64,000 bases of DNA from Octopus sinensis (lineage: Eukaryota). The position numbers and the translations under genes were made by a program. Below the pieces are notes generated by a model, which was not told where the DNA came from, did no database searches, and saw nothing but the letters and a program-made list of their open reading frames with translations. The DNA lies in NCBI RefSeq assembly GCF_006345805.1, contig NC_043003.1:72354001-72418000 (forward strand). The letters are read 5' to 3'. Each line of letters begins with the position of its first letter. Positions within the stretch are counted from its first letter, which is position 1. Of this stretch, positions 11,956 through 24,922 are shown piece after piece.

Positions 11956-13305
11956 CACTGGTCTACAAGGTCTTTGGTGATTAGGAAATATACATCATTC
12001 CGATACAAAATCGGTCTCCTGACTCCAAATATAACCTTCGTTTTGACCTATCAGATCTAGTTTTTTAAGTTAGTCACTATGTATGTGCGTACTTCCAGTA
12101 CGCAGTGTTCGTTACCTTATTCTAAGTTTTTTGTCTTTTTCTATACCTTTTAGACGTTGTGGTGAATTAAGCAATAGAAAATGAGCAAGATGTCCTCTTC
12201 AAGAAAGTGTTACGTTAATTCTTCCAAATGTGTTTTATGTTTGTGGAGAATACACATTATTTAAAAATCTAAAAAACATCACCAATTTTGTTGAAAGAGT
12301 GTATATGGCATATTTTGGGGTCAATCTGGGAGATACTGGGCACCGCGTAGTGTCTGCAAACAATGTACAGAACGTTTGTGACAGTGAACTAAAGGGACAA
12401 GGAAAAGTTTGAGGTTTACTATACCAGTGGTATGATGGGATCCCTATAATCACGTGGACGACTGCTATTTTTTTAACCAAAATTTAAAAGAGTATTAACC
12501 GGAAAAATCGACAAACGCTTGCCTCTTCTATTAGACCGTTTCCTCACAGTGAAGAGCTTCCTGTTCTTGTCTTCAATGTCTTGCCTCAGATAACTTTACC
12601 CCCAACAAAGAATATTCATCACCTGAAGATGACACTAGATATCAAGACTTTTCAGTCGAGACTTTACCTCAGTTATTCTCCCAGGTAGAGCGGAATGATT
12701 TAGTTCGTGACTTGAACCTCCCAAAAGATTCTGCTGAACTGTTGGATTTCCCGAGAATGGTGTCCGTATAACCTTTTATTGTAGTTAGTATGAAGAGTTC
12801 CTTTCTTTCTTCACAAAAAAAGAAGAACTGGCTTACTGCAGATATGTCAGTGAGGTTCTTAATAAACTTGGCATTGAAGAATACAAACTAGAGGAATGGT
12901 GTCTTTTCATAAACAACTCTGAGCGTAGTTTAAAATGTGTATTGTTGCATAACGGAAATGTGTATGGCTCTGCCCCACTCGGCCACTCAATAACTCTGAA
13001 GAAAAAAATGTGAAGAAATTAAGTTGGTTGTAGAGACGTTACTGTATCATGATCATAAATGGGTCATTTGCGTTGAATTAAAGATGGTGAATTTTCTCAT
13101 GGGACAGCAACCTGGTTATACCAAATACCCATGCTTTCTTTGCATGTTAAGAAGGAATGGCCGCCCCGAAAAAATATGGAAGAACCTTTAGCTGGGCGAG
13201 ATAAGATCATTTTCACCCCTTTGCACATCAAACTCGGATTGATCAAGCAATTCGTTCAAGCTCTTGGCAAAAATGGGGAATGCTTCAAGTATATCTGCTG
13301 TGTAT
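11956..13305 (+). mobile_element. Chapaev(3)-like (CMC group) DNA transposon, 5' part with decayed transposase
   Basis: CACTG terminus. Motifs YVCGEY, WAPRSVCKQC, HVDDCYF, NDLVRDLNLPKDSAELL, SLKCVLLHNGN, GQQPGYTKYPCFLC and PLHIKLGLIKQFVQAL. Family assigned from recalled motifs. Confidence 0.7.
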
Positions 13306-13308
13306 AGG

Positions 13309-13348
<40 letters not shown>

Positions 13349-13496
13349 AATATAAGAGAGTGGTCACTATATGGCTCACTCTAGCACCAGTTAATCCAAA
13401 AGGTTTCAACCACAAAAATACATGTTCCCATGAAAGTCAGTACGATTGTTAGCTCACACGGACAGGGCAAATAAAAAATAACAAAAATACAGATTA

Positions 13497-13578
13497 TTTT
13501 GGGACAATTGTTTCGCTATTAATGAATTAAATGTAATTTTACTTACAAAAAAATCCACTTGTAGCTCCTCAGCCAAAA
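13497..13578 (-). ncRNA. Type I hammerhead ribozyme (inverted copy)
   Basis: Reverse complement of 14018-14099. Confidence 0.85.
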
Positions 13579-14017
13579 CTATCTGGATGAAATCCACTCA
13601 ATCACACGCCAGATTTTACCATAACGATAAATACGCGTGTGGTTCAATTGATTACATCCGACGTTATAATTCAAATGCTAGAGTGAGCCATATAGTGACC
13701 ACTCTCTTATATTTATTTTGTAAAAATATTATAATATATTATAAAATATTATAATAATCCAGGTTTCTCGGAGCACTAGGCCACTTGGTGTAGAATAGAT
13801 ATACTATTAAATTAGTATCTAATTCTCTCACCCTTATTAATTAATTATAATTATGCTGCATTTATTTCTAAATGCTGTATTTGTTTTCCGTGAAAATTTG
13901 GCGCGCTGTTAGTTGGGGCATTTGAATTATAATGTCGGATGTAATCAATTGAACCACACGCGTATTTATCGTTATGGTAAAATCTGGCGTGTGATTGAGT
14001 GGATTTCATCCAGATAG

Positions 14018-14099
14018 TTTTGGCTGAGGAGCTACAAGTGGATTTTTTTGTAAGTAAAATTACATTTAATTCATTAATAGCGAAACAATTGTCCCAAAA
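14018..14099 (+). ncRNA. Type I hammerhead ribozyme with long loop II
   Basis: TTTTGG-CTGAGGA-GCTA...TAGC-GAAA-CAATTG-TC-CCAAAA. Canonical core, palindromic stem III ACAATTGT, GUC site. Confidence 0.88.
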
Positions 14100-15051
14100 T
14101 AATCTGTATTTTTGTTATTTTTTATTTGCCCTGTCCGTGTGAGCTAACAATCGTACTGACTTTCATGGGAAACATGTATTTTTGTGGTTGAAACCTTTTG
14201 GATTAACTGGTGCTAGAGTGAGCCATATAGTGACCACTCTCTTATATTTATTTTGTAAAAATATTATAATATATTATAAAATATTATAATAATCCAGGTT
14301 TCTCGGAGCACTAGGCCACTTGGTGTAGAATAGATATACTATTAAATTAGTATCTAATTCTCTCACCCTTATTAATTAATTATATATATATATATATATT
14401 CTTTTATACGCTTCAGCCTTAAAGCTGTAGCGATACTGGGGCACCGCCTGTATATACATATTATATTCATGAATGTATATGTGTATACGAATGTGCATGT
14501 ATATACGAATGTATGTATAGCAGTTTGTGTGCCACCGTTAGTTTGATATTTACATACAAGTCCAAATAACCTTCACCATTTCAGTTTTAGTTCGATTTTT
14601 TTTTACTCCACGTCATTACTTTCTATTGCCCTGTTAGCATCTCTACACTTGATCCTCCGCTATCCGAAATCTGTTCAATCATTCTTTACACTGACCTCAC
14701 TTTATCTTTTTCTCTCTCATGCCTTTTGTCTCTCTCGCATTCTCTCCCTTCCTTCTCTCTCTATCTCTCTATCTCTCTCTCTCTCATACTTGCTCGCTCT
14801 CGCTCTCTATTTTTGAAGGTTTTATGTACGTTTTTATCTGTTCGTTATTTTTTAATTTCATGTCTGCTTTTATTTCTTCTTTCTCTGTTTATACATATTT
14901 TGTATATATTTTCTAAATGCTTTTTGTATATGGTTTCCAAAACAAATTGATACATGCAGGTTTGTGTGTATTTATGTGTACAGTTTAACGCTATTTTTGC
15001 TTTCTTAGTTAAGTCAGAAAAATAGCGTTAAACTGTACACATGAATACACA

Positions 15052-16180
15052 CATCTTAGAGCAAAGCGCAGAGTGGAATGCACCGCTTTATATTAACTTT
15101 ATTGATTTCGAAAAAGCATTTTATAGTGTAGATAGGGAAGGCTTATGGAAAATTATGCAGCACTATGGCATATCAGACAAGTATATATCTATGATAAGAG
15201 CAACTTACCAAGGAATGTCATGCTGAATCTTGCATGGAAACGGTGCTGCCGATAAATTCGAAGTAAAAAAAGAGTTCGACAGGGCTGTATACTTTCTCCC
15301 TTTTTGTTTCTACTAGTTATATATTGGATTATGAAGGAAACTACGATTGAAAGCCAAACAGGCATTGAATGGACGGATGCAGAAGCTCAAGAAGATCTCG
15401 ACTTTGCAGATGATATAGCGCTACTTTCACAAACATATAGCCAAATGCAAAATTAGAAGCAATAGCTGCCAAACTAGGATTGAAAGTCAACCGCGACAAA
15501 TCAAAAATTATGCGCGTTAATGAAGAAAACAGCGAACGTATTAAACAAGAAATCGGTGAACTAGAGGATGTAGCCGAATTTACGTATTTAGGTAGTAAGA
15601 TAAGGTTTCCAGGCGGCACCGACGAAGATATTAAGGCGAGAATAAGTAAGTGAAGGACCGCTTTTCACCTGTTAAAGAAAGTATGGAGTGCAAGTGTAAT
15701 TTCAATAAAGAACAAAATAAGAATTTTTAACACTAACGTAAAAGTGGTGTTATTGTATGGGGCTGAGACATGGCGAACAACAGTTCAGTCAAATAAGCAA
15801 ATACAATCATTCATCAACAGATGCTTGCATAGTATACTTAAAATTAGATGGCCCGAATACATAAGCAATATGGAGCTATGGCAAAGAACAAATCAAGTTT
15901 CGATTAGGGAGTAAATATTTCAGAAAAAAGTGGAAGTGGATTGGTAGCACAATTAGAAAAGACACACAAAATGTAGCGAAAAGTGCTTTACAGTAGAATC
16001 TGGATGGATATAGAAAGAAAGGTAGGCCTAAGAACTCGTGGTGTGAATCAACACAAAAGGAACTAGAGAAAGGGGGACATTCATGGCAGAGTATAAGTAC
16101 AGAAGCGAAAAATTATGCGACATGGAATTCAACTATAAGTGGCCTATACTCCGCGTTGGAGGGTTAAAGGCAGAAGAAGT
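15052..16180 (+). mobile_element. RTE-clade LINE, 5'-truncated RT pseudogene
   Basis: FIDFEKAFYSV, VRQGCILSPFLF, LDFADDIALLS, FTYLGS and LLYGAETW, with stops and frameshifts. Confidence 0.93.
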
Positions 16181-16639
16181 TAAGTCACAATGTATATTGA
16201 ACTTATGGGTGAGTACGTGCACATATCTGTATGTGCAAATACTCGATTTGCTGCAAGTAAGTAACAAATATGAATACGTATACCTGTGTGTATTTATGTA
16301 TATGGGTATTTACATGTGCACATGTAGCCAAACTTCTGCACTCGTGCATGTAGCTATCTGCATGTAAATTTATGTGCATGAATGTGTGAGCGTATGCGTA
16401 CTAGTGTGGCACAACAGAAGTTCACAACTTCCAGTTCACGACATACCTTAAACAGTTGAACCAAATGATGGCAAAAAGCCACGCATATTTCCTTGGTTGA
16501 GAAAGCCATCAGGCGAGATTTAAGTCCAATTTAACACTATCTTTGCGACATGTATATGTTTTTATGCATATGTATTTGTAGATGTGTGTATGTTTATTTA
16601 TATATATAATATAAAGCATATTCCAAGAATACTAGTTGT

Positions 16640-17690
16640 GGTCCGCATTTGCAGAATTTGTATAATCTGGGAAAATGAACAAAAACAATACAGCGAAATT
16701 TTGGTGGGATTTGAAGCATGCAACCTTTCGATCAAAGTCTTGCTTCAGAGTTAAGATGAAAGCGGGGAGAAAAGAAAAGACTGTTGGGTTTTACATCCTC
16801 TATGGTTGAGCGACTGGCTGTAACTGATGGAGAACTCAAGATATCGTGAACCTGCCTACGTAGGTATGAAGAGATGGCGAGAAAAGCTTGGTGAAAAAGA
16901 AAGAAGTAAAGAGAATGAGAAGCCGGCGAGAGTGAGGTAGAGGTATAGTTTTATGCAAGATTGAGGGTGAAAGATAATAACTGGGGATTCCTGAACTAAG
17001 AGGCGGGTGAATGAGTAGAAGGACATGCATTTTATTTAAACCCGCCGGAAATGCGCTTCCAACTTTGAGTGTAAAACGTTGTTACTTCCGATTTCTTGAG
17101 TATGCAGATCGACGATATACAGAGATGCTGCGCACGGATTAATGGAATGAATCGTTACGCTGAAGTGGGTGGTGACGGGTTGGCCGTTCGTATGTGGTAA
17201 TGTGCTTCGAAGGTGTACGCGAAATCTATCGGCAAGGTGATGGGCTGTTTTCGAAATGTAAAAAGCGATGAAAAGTTTCTAGATGATGCAATATACGAGG
17301 TTGGAAGATGCGCAGGTGAGGTTTTGTGATGATGCAGCTTAGGCCGGTTACGTTTTGTAGCTTTGTTAATGTAAAGGCAGTTATTGTAGAGTCAGTGAGC
17401 GCATTTAAAAGTGTGTACATGTCGGTGGCCGCACACTATGAAGTTTCTAACTAGGAGGTTACCCAAGTTGTTACCTTTCTTGAAGGTGAGGAGACGTGAT
17501 ACAGAAAGGGCTGGAGCAGTTGTGAAGTCAGAGGGTCCTATCTGGAAGTTTCAAAGAGAGAATTGACGGGGGAAAGTGAACAAGAGTGGAATTCGATCTG
17601 TAAGTGTGTGTAAATATAATAGGGTGTGCGGTAGTGAGGTCGATGGCCTCGACAAGACGGAGTACAGGGCTCACAACCGATCGATGGTAA
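16640..17690 (-). mobile_element. Decayed Penelope-like element: GIY-YIG domain and 3' region
   Basis: The minus strand gives NLGNLLVR, LTCASSNLVYCI, LADRFRVHLRS, PVTTHF and PAGLN. An eroded HHR-like remnant (CTGAAG...GATCGAAAGGTT) lies at about 16720-16750. Confidence 0.8.
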
Positions 17691-18789
17691 CTGCAATTCA
17701 AGGAATATAGCACTCTCTCATACTGGGATTCGAAATTCGAATCACCGTGTGCGTGTGTGTATCTGTTCAGTAACATGATACCGTGCTGCAGCACGGAATT
17801 TTGTCAGTTAACAAGTTGCGGTTTCAAAGCGACGAAAATATTTTGACAAATTAAATTTAAATATTGAAGTGAATCTAACGGTTTTTGTGTTTTTAAATGG
17901 CTTCTAAACACCTTCCACGCTGCAATTGCTTTTGTTACAGCACGCGATCTCAGATCAAGTCACTTAGCGTGAAATATATATATGTATGTACACTCACACA
18001 CGCACGTATATGTGTTGCGTGTATGAGTGTGTGTGTGTATGTGTGTGTGCGTGTGTGTATGTGTGTGTGTGTGTGTGTGTGTTCACATACATATGCGTGT
18101 ATAATATAACATTTTATTGGCGAAGGAATACTTACTATAAAGGTATAAATTGCGTTTCGATGAAACGGGCGCACCATTTCCGCTTCCGGCATCTGACAAA
18201 AGATCTTCATCATCACTTGTCCGCGATATTATTCCAACCATTTTCATTTTCAAAAACTGATTGGCCTGATCAATATTTTCCAAGAAATCTACGAAGAGAG
18301 AAATATCGGGCAATTAGTTGACTATAAATTCAATCAAACAAATATTAATTCACAATACACTTTACTGAAAGTGTATCCTCAATGGTAGGATAAACAGAAA
18401 TTATCTTCCCAGTAATGCATCCTGCATCAGATGAACGGAATCCCTCCCTCCACCACAACTTTATATATTCTACAGAAGAAGATGAGCTCGTTCACTGTAA
18501 ACCAAAGAGACAGCTATTTGTTTATTGACATCCTCTGCTGAATATTCTCAAAAATGGTTTCCAATAAAGAGAAGGGCAAAACAAATATATTATTAATATC
18601 CACTGATATTTGTTTGAAATTTTGAATGATGTCTTCCAAAGTTTATTACCATCTAGTTCTCAGAATGTGATTCTTTGGGTAGAATTGCGGTTACAATATC
18701 ACTACTCATTTCAAATTAGAACTGCCTCTTCCTTACTCTACCAAATCCACCGGGTAAATTTCTTTAGGAGTTAAACAAAATATTTAAAT

Positions 18790-20285
18790 TTTTCTAGAGT
18801 GGAAAATCAGAAAAAATTAAGAGTTGTTGCTTGTAAGCCTGTTAAAGAAGGTGGACTTGGTATGGTTGAAGCTTTTGCTTACGTCAACTCTTTAAAACTA
18901 TCCTGGATGATAAAGTTGGTGGACATTGACTGTGAATCCAAATGGAAGCTCTTATACCATGCTTCCTCCACAAAACTGAAAAATTTAGCAGTATTTAGTA
19001 ACATCTTCCTGAGCAAACTAGCTAACACTATTGGGAATGATTTTTGGCATGATTTGACAACTTTATAAATAAGATGGAGCCTAATTCATTTGATGAATTC
19101 AGAACCAATTTACTTTGATAAAAACTTATGGGTCGGTAAAGGGGCAATCTTATTTCCAGCGTGGTTTGAGAGAGGTGTTAGCAAGATTTGTGACTTTATC
19201 AATTTAGATGGATCTTACTGAACCCAGAATTTATTTAAACTAGATACAAATTTTCGCCAGTATAATGGGCTTATCAGGGCGATTAAAGGCTATCAAACAA
19301 AGTTAAAAATAAGCAAACCTACTGCTTTCCAACATTTAGAGGATAATACAGCTATCCGAAAGCTCATGTCTGTTAAGAAAGGAGCCAAACGATACTTCTA
19401 TGTTTTAAACAATGTTGAGACTTGTTTAATATTCAAATACAAATAGGAAGTGTGTGTGCTTGCTGAACTGGAATGGGAAAAACAATTTACTACCTGTAAA
19501 GACAACAACAGATGCTAAATAACGATAGTTCCAGTTTAGAATTATACACAATATTTTAGCAACTAATTCTCTATTATTCAAGATTAAACTGGCCGAAAGC
19601 AACCTGTGAACTTTTTGTCAACGTGTGGTGGAGACGGTGTCACATCTTTTCTGGTATTGTGAATGTGTACGAGTCTTCTGGCAATGTTTCTTAGATTTGG
19701 TGTATGAAAAGTGCATACATGTTCGCAACATGGAACTTGACCCACAGCTCATTCTATTCGGATTGAGAAAAACCACATATACTGATGGCATATTTGACTA
19801 GCTAATATTATTAGCAAAAATTTTTATATACAAAAGCAAAGTGGCAAAAAACACTCTCAACTTTTTGATATTTTGTGCACGACAGATATCTAATTGAAAA
19901 AAAAACAAAAACAGATCATACAATGAAAACAAGCAAGATTAATTTAATAAAAATTAGAGGCTCTACTTCGAGTTTGTAAACACATGGTAGTTTAGTGTTA
20001 CTTCTTGTAGAACTGTATAAAGATTTTATGAGTGATTGACGATTGAGTGTGTAGCCTATTTTATTTTCTTCTATTTATTTTTTATACATCCTGTTCTCTC
20101 TCTTCTCTTTATTTGTATTTTTATTTTATTTATTAGTATTTTTTTGTTTCTGTCTCTTTTTCTTTCTCTTAAAAAAAAAGAAGTCCTGTTCTCTATTTGT
20201 TTTAAACAAAACTTCACGGTCCCCTGGCCGTGCTGTTTCATATTATAACAGGGAAAACTGGAAATAAAAAGTTAATTAAAAAAAT
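18790..20285 (+). mobile_element. L1/Tx1-clade LINE 3' fragment
   Basis: KPVKEGGLG, SLKLSW, FQFRIIHNILATN and zf-RVT-like FCQRVVETVSHLFWYC. AATAAA and an A-rich end near 20262-20285. Confidence 0.88.
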
Positions 20286-20330
20286 GTTACGTCATTAATA
20301 ATCTGTATATATATATGTGTGTGTGTATGT

Positions 20331-20399
<69 letters not shown>

Positions 20400-20499
20400 C
20401 ATATACATATATATATATATGTATATATATGTATATATGTATATATATACATATATATACATATTTGTATGTGTGTATGCATATATATATATATATACG

Positions 20500-20910
20500 T
20501 TTATGAAATTTGTGTTGCAAGACTCCTGGTGTGGAATCGTGTGTTGGAACAGATATTGTATTTCGGGACGGTCATTTTTTCGTGTTTTGTAAACACCCGC
20601 ACTATATATTTGTTCTCCACTCGTTTATTACTGTTCTTATTCTAACTCATATCCATTGTCTGATATGTGTGTATATATATATATTAATTTGCTTTTTGCG
20701 GGAAGGAATGTTTCAACGAAATCGTGTCTCGCCTTGACCTTCGAACGCGGAGTAGATGAAACAGAGGCGATTGAAGAAGGGGAATTTTTCTTGTGTTGTA
20801 TGTCCTGTACTCTATTTTTTCGTTGTTTAAGAAAAATGTCCATGTCCTTGGTTTTGTGTTTATGTTTCCGTTTCTCATTGTGTTCGGCGTTTTTTTTTGT
20901 CCTGTACCCA
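20500..20910 (+). mobile_element. Non-coding pLTR-like element containing a rearranged hammerhead-like module
   Basis: Bounded by TA-rich microsatellites. A structured module is followed by a T-rich tail of about 130 nt, the same layout as 1980-2200. Confidence 0.55.
20692..20779 (+). ncRNA. Candidate non-circularly permuted hammerhead ribozyme (five-helix pseudoknot)
   Basis: A CTTTT/AGAAG; B GAAGG/CCTTC; C TGTTTCA/TGAAACA; D TCGTGT/ACGCGG; E TCGCCTT/GAGGCGA. GUC lies at the D-E junction, GA(A) follows B' and TTGA follows E'. Confidence 0.65.
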
Positions 20911-21009
20911 TATATGCATGTATATATATATATGTAGATGTAGGTACGTACATATATGCATGTATATATGCATGTTTTATTTATTTATTTGTTATTATAT
21001 ATATAATAT

Positions 21010-21043
<34 letters not shown>

Positions 21044-21160
21044 TACGGAGGAGTAAACACATAAATGTGAAACAAGGTGGAAAAAAGAGTACTCAAATAC
21101 CAGTGGTAGAGTAATATGCTTTATTTTAAGCAGCAGAAAATTTCTGCTGCTAAAATAAAG

Positions 21161-21205
<45 letters not shown>

Positions 21206-21386
21206 ATGTTTGTTTTTACGCTCTGTTATAAAAACATTTTTAATCTGATATATTACTCTATACTTTTGTAGAGAACAGATTCATTATTCTTCTATAAAAT
21301 GTGTTGCTGATAACTTCGAAGTTCAGCCAACTAACCCATGTGTTTTTATAAAATCATCTTTTCGTGTGTCGGTTGATACGTATGTA

Positions 21387-21438
<52 letters not shown>

Positions 21439-21439
<1 letters not shown>

Positions 21440-22130
21440 GAGAAAGAAGCAACAAGAATGGATAGGTTTTTAGTACAATCGTTTCATACAAGGACAGGCT
21501 TATTAAAAGTTGTAAAATTACAGCATATAAACGTGTCCCGTACTCATCAGCTAAAATACATGTGAGTTCTCTAGACATCCTAGTGGTTGAGGCTATACTC
21601 ATGAAGTAATGTAGATAATAAGTAACATAAACAGATTTCCAAAGTTCATTAAAGTTCTTTAAAGATGATGTACAGTCTTATCACAGAATTTTAAAAAAGT
21701 TCTAATAGCATCACAGAGAAGGTGACCTAATCCATAGAGCACATATGAATTTCCAGAGATATGATGAGGGATTACATACTCACAGAAGACAAATTTATCC
21801 ATTGTTAATCACAACGAGGTGGGTCTCAATTCCTGCTTATTAGCATTACAGAGAGGGTGAATTAATCCTTTGTATAGATGCACAATTTCCAATGGTGTAG
21901 ATGTAAGTTTCCAGAGAAACTTATATGCTGTCATTTTTACAACTTTTAATAAAGCGTGTCCTTGTATGAAACGATTGTACTAAAAACCTATCCATTCTTG
22001 TTGCTTCTTTCTCGCTTATAATCACCCCACATTACTGTATTGTTAAAACAGTATAGTTTTTTGGGTGCATCTAAGTTAGGTACCATATTCAAGTAAATTC
22101 ATTTAAATTAACTTGAATCTTTATTGCTTT

Positions 22131-22135
<5 letters not shown>
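21439..22135 (-). mobile_element. PLE pLTR insertion with inverted arm, within (TA)n
   Basis: 21439-21530 is inverted at 21921-22014. HHR on the minus strand and TA arrays on both sides. Confidence 0.85.
21468..21556 (-). ncRNA. Type I hammerhead ribozyme with extended stem II
   Basis: Minus strand: TTTTAG-CTGATGA-GTACGGGACA...TGTCCTTGTAT-GAAA-CGATTG-TA-CTAAAA. Confidence 0.85.
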
Positions 22136-22184
<49 letters not shown>

Positions 22185-22185
<1 letters not shown>

Positions 22186-22610
22186 CTCTTTTCTTTTACT
22201 ATTTTACTTGTTTCAGTCATGTGACTGTGACCATGCTGGAGTACCGCCTTTAGTCGAAGAAATCGACCACAGGACTTATTCTTTGTAAGCCTAGTACTTA
22301 TTCTGTCAGTCTCTTTTGCTGAACTGCTAAGTTACGGGGACCTAAACACACCAGCATCGGTCGTCAAGCGATGTTGGGGGACAAACACAGAATCATAAAC
22401 ATATATACACACATACATATATATATTTATATATACACACATATATATGACGGGCGTCTTTCAGTTTCCATCTACTAAATCCACTTACAAGGCTTTGGTT
22501 GACCCGAGACTATAGTGGAAGACACTTGCCCAAGGTGCCACGCAGTGGGACTGAACCCAGAACCATGTGGTAGGTAAGCAAGCTACTTACCACACAGCCA
22601 CTCCTATGCC
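22185..22610 (-). mobile_element. SINE family A, full length
   Basis: Reverse complement match to 6548-6963. Confidence 0.92.
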
Positions 22611-22669
22611 TGTGTGCATATATTTATTTAGTTAGTTTCTGTATGCAGTGACCATCTAATTGAGACACA

Positions 22670-22810
22670 TTTATTCTTTTCTCTCTCCACTCTTTTTCTA
22701 TCATTGTTTATTCTTTCTGAAAAAGAGCTGATGCTCAAAATATAAAAAAACTCTGCTATTTTTCCTGAGTATAAACTTAACACACTTTGTTTTTTGTACT
22801 TCATCTTTAC
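22670..22810 (+). mobile_element. Decayed pLTR related to 2030-2200, with an eroded HHR (22712-22749)
   Basis: TCTTT-CTGAAAA-A-GAGC-TGAT-GCTC-AAAA-TATA, followed by TTTCCTGAG as in the 2.1 kb copy. Confidence 0.6.
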
Positions 22811-23094
22811 ATATATTTTTTAAAATCTGGCAACATATGTATTGTAGCTACATGTTGAGAAATGACAATGGTAGTGGCCATGATTGCGATTATGATGGTA
22901 ATGGTGAGGAAACGGATGAAGGAGGTTATGGTTGTAGTGATAGTGGTGCTGCTGTTGAAAAAAGAATGTAGTTGCGTATATAGATAGATAGAGATGGATA
23001 GGATTATGGATATAAGTATGCACATATATATTCATTAACTCACGCCGCGTATAACCCAAGTTAATATCTATAGCCATATTAGGCCCCTGGATAC

Positions 23095-23131
<37 letters not shown>

Positions 23132-23187
23132 AATTATGAAAACTCATCACAGCCTTGGCTTTGTTATCGCTTTTGTCTAATATATCT

Positions 23188-23242
<55 letters not shown>

Positions 23243-23246
23243 ATAG

Positions 23247-23282
<36 letters not shown>

Positions 23283-23647
23283 ATATATATATATTATGAT
23301 CAAGTATCGTATAGCTCACTAGATGCGGAAGGTAGTTTCCATTAATATGTCTATTACACGACTGACTTCTTTCCCTCTCTCTCTCATTCTCTCTGTTTCT
23401 GTCTCTCTCTCTTCCCCCCCCTCTCTCTCTCTCACACACACACACATATACATACGACATGTAAATTAGAGTGCTGTTTTCTGTTTAGTATTTTTTCATG
23501 CTGACGAGCACCCTAGTTAATAGAACAGCTGACACCCTCACTATCCAGCTCTGTATATGTATGTAAGTGTGTATTATGTATGTATGAATGTATGCATATA
23601 TGTATGTATGTGCGTATGTATGTGTTTCGGTATATGTATATATATGC

Positions 23648-23680
<33 letters not shown>

Positions 23681-23982
23681 ATGTGTGTATATATACACAC
23701 ACACGTACATATAAATGAATATGAATATAATGTATACAAATATGTAAATAAATGTGTACATATACATACATACCTACATATATACATATATATATATTTA
23801 TATACATACATGCATACATATGTGTATATAAATATGTATGTATATATATATATATATGTGTGCATATATATATATATATGCACATATATATACACTCACA
23901 TATATATATATATGTATGTATGTATATGTACACATATATTTACATATTTGTATACATTTTATTTATATTCATATATGTGTAC

Positions 23983-24035
<53 letters not shown>

Positions 24036-24123
24036 TATATATATATATGTGTGTGTGTGTGTATACATATACAGATATATATATAATTTCATACATACAC
24101 ATACACACACACACAAACACACA

Positions 24124-24169
<46 letters not shown>

Positions 24170-24521
24170 TATATGCATGGCTGCATGCACACAGTCGTAT
24201 AAACATAGCTGAAGAGAATCGAGAGAAAAAGAAAAGGGGAGGTAGAGAGAAGCATTGTCAGCTCCAGCTACATAAATAATGTGGCAGGGACGTCAACAAA
24301 AGTTGACAGCAGACTGGCAGAACTGACAGGTTTGGACTAGGGGCTCACAGTTAAGAAGGATGACGTCGGTATCAGTGACAGGAGGACAGAGGAGGTGAGT
24401 GGGGGAATGGCGAAGGAAAAAGGGAAAGAGAAAGAGAGCGGGTGTGGGACGGGTGTAATAGTTTAAGGGTAAGTTTATGAAGATGTAGGTGTTTAGTAAT
24501 GGATATATATATATATATATC

Positions 24522-24552
<31 letters not shown>

Positions 24553-24752
24553 GCGTGCGTGAGTGTGTGTGTAGGTGTGTGTAGGTGTGTGTGTATGTGT
24601 GTGTGTTTGTGTGCGTGTGTGTTTGTGTGGATATGTGGATATCAGGGGGAGGGGAGATAGAGATATAGGTACTTGCTTGGGTATATGCGAAAGGAATGTT
24701 ATACACGTACACTCATATATGTGTGAATTGCATATGAATGTATGTATGTGCG

Positions 24753-24786
<34 letters not shown>

Positions 24787-24922
24787 TGTATGTATGTATG
24801 TATGTATGTATGGATGGATGGATGTATGTATGTATGTATGTGCGTATGTATGTATGTATGTATGTATGTATGTATGTATGGATGGATGGATGGATGTATG
24901 TATGTATGTATGTATGAATATT

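Larger units (their letters stand above)
13345..14384 (+). mobile_element. PLE pLTR-only insertion with inverted and partial-tandem repeats, within (TA)n
   Basis: 13345-13678 is the near-perfect reverse complement of 13918-14252. 13676-13849 is repeated directly at 14211-14384. Both inverted arms contain an HHR. Confidence 0.9.

Noticed and set aside
18147-18218. Minus-strand ATGATGA-A-GAT...ATC-GAAACGCA
   Set aside because: C3 and U16.1 are absent and stem I is poor. At best this is a dead remnant.
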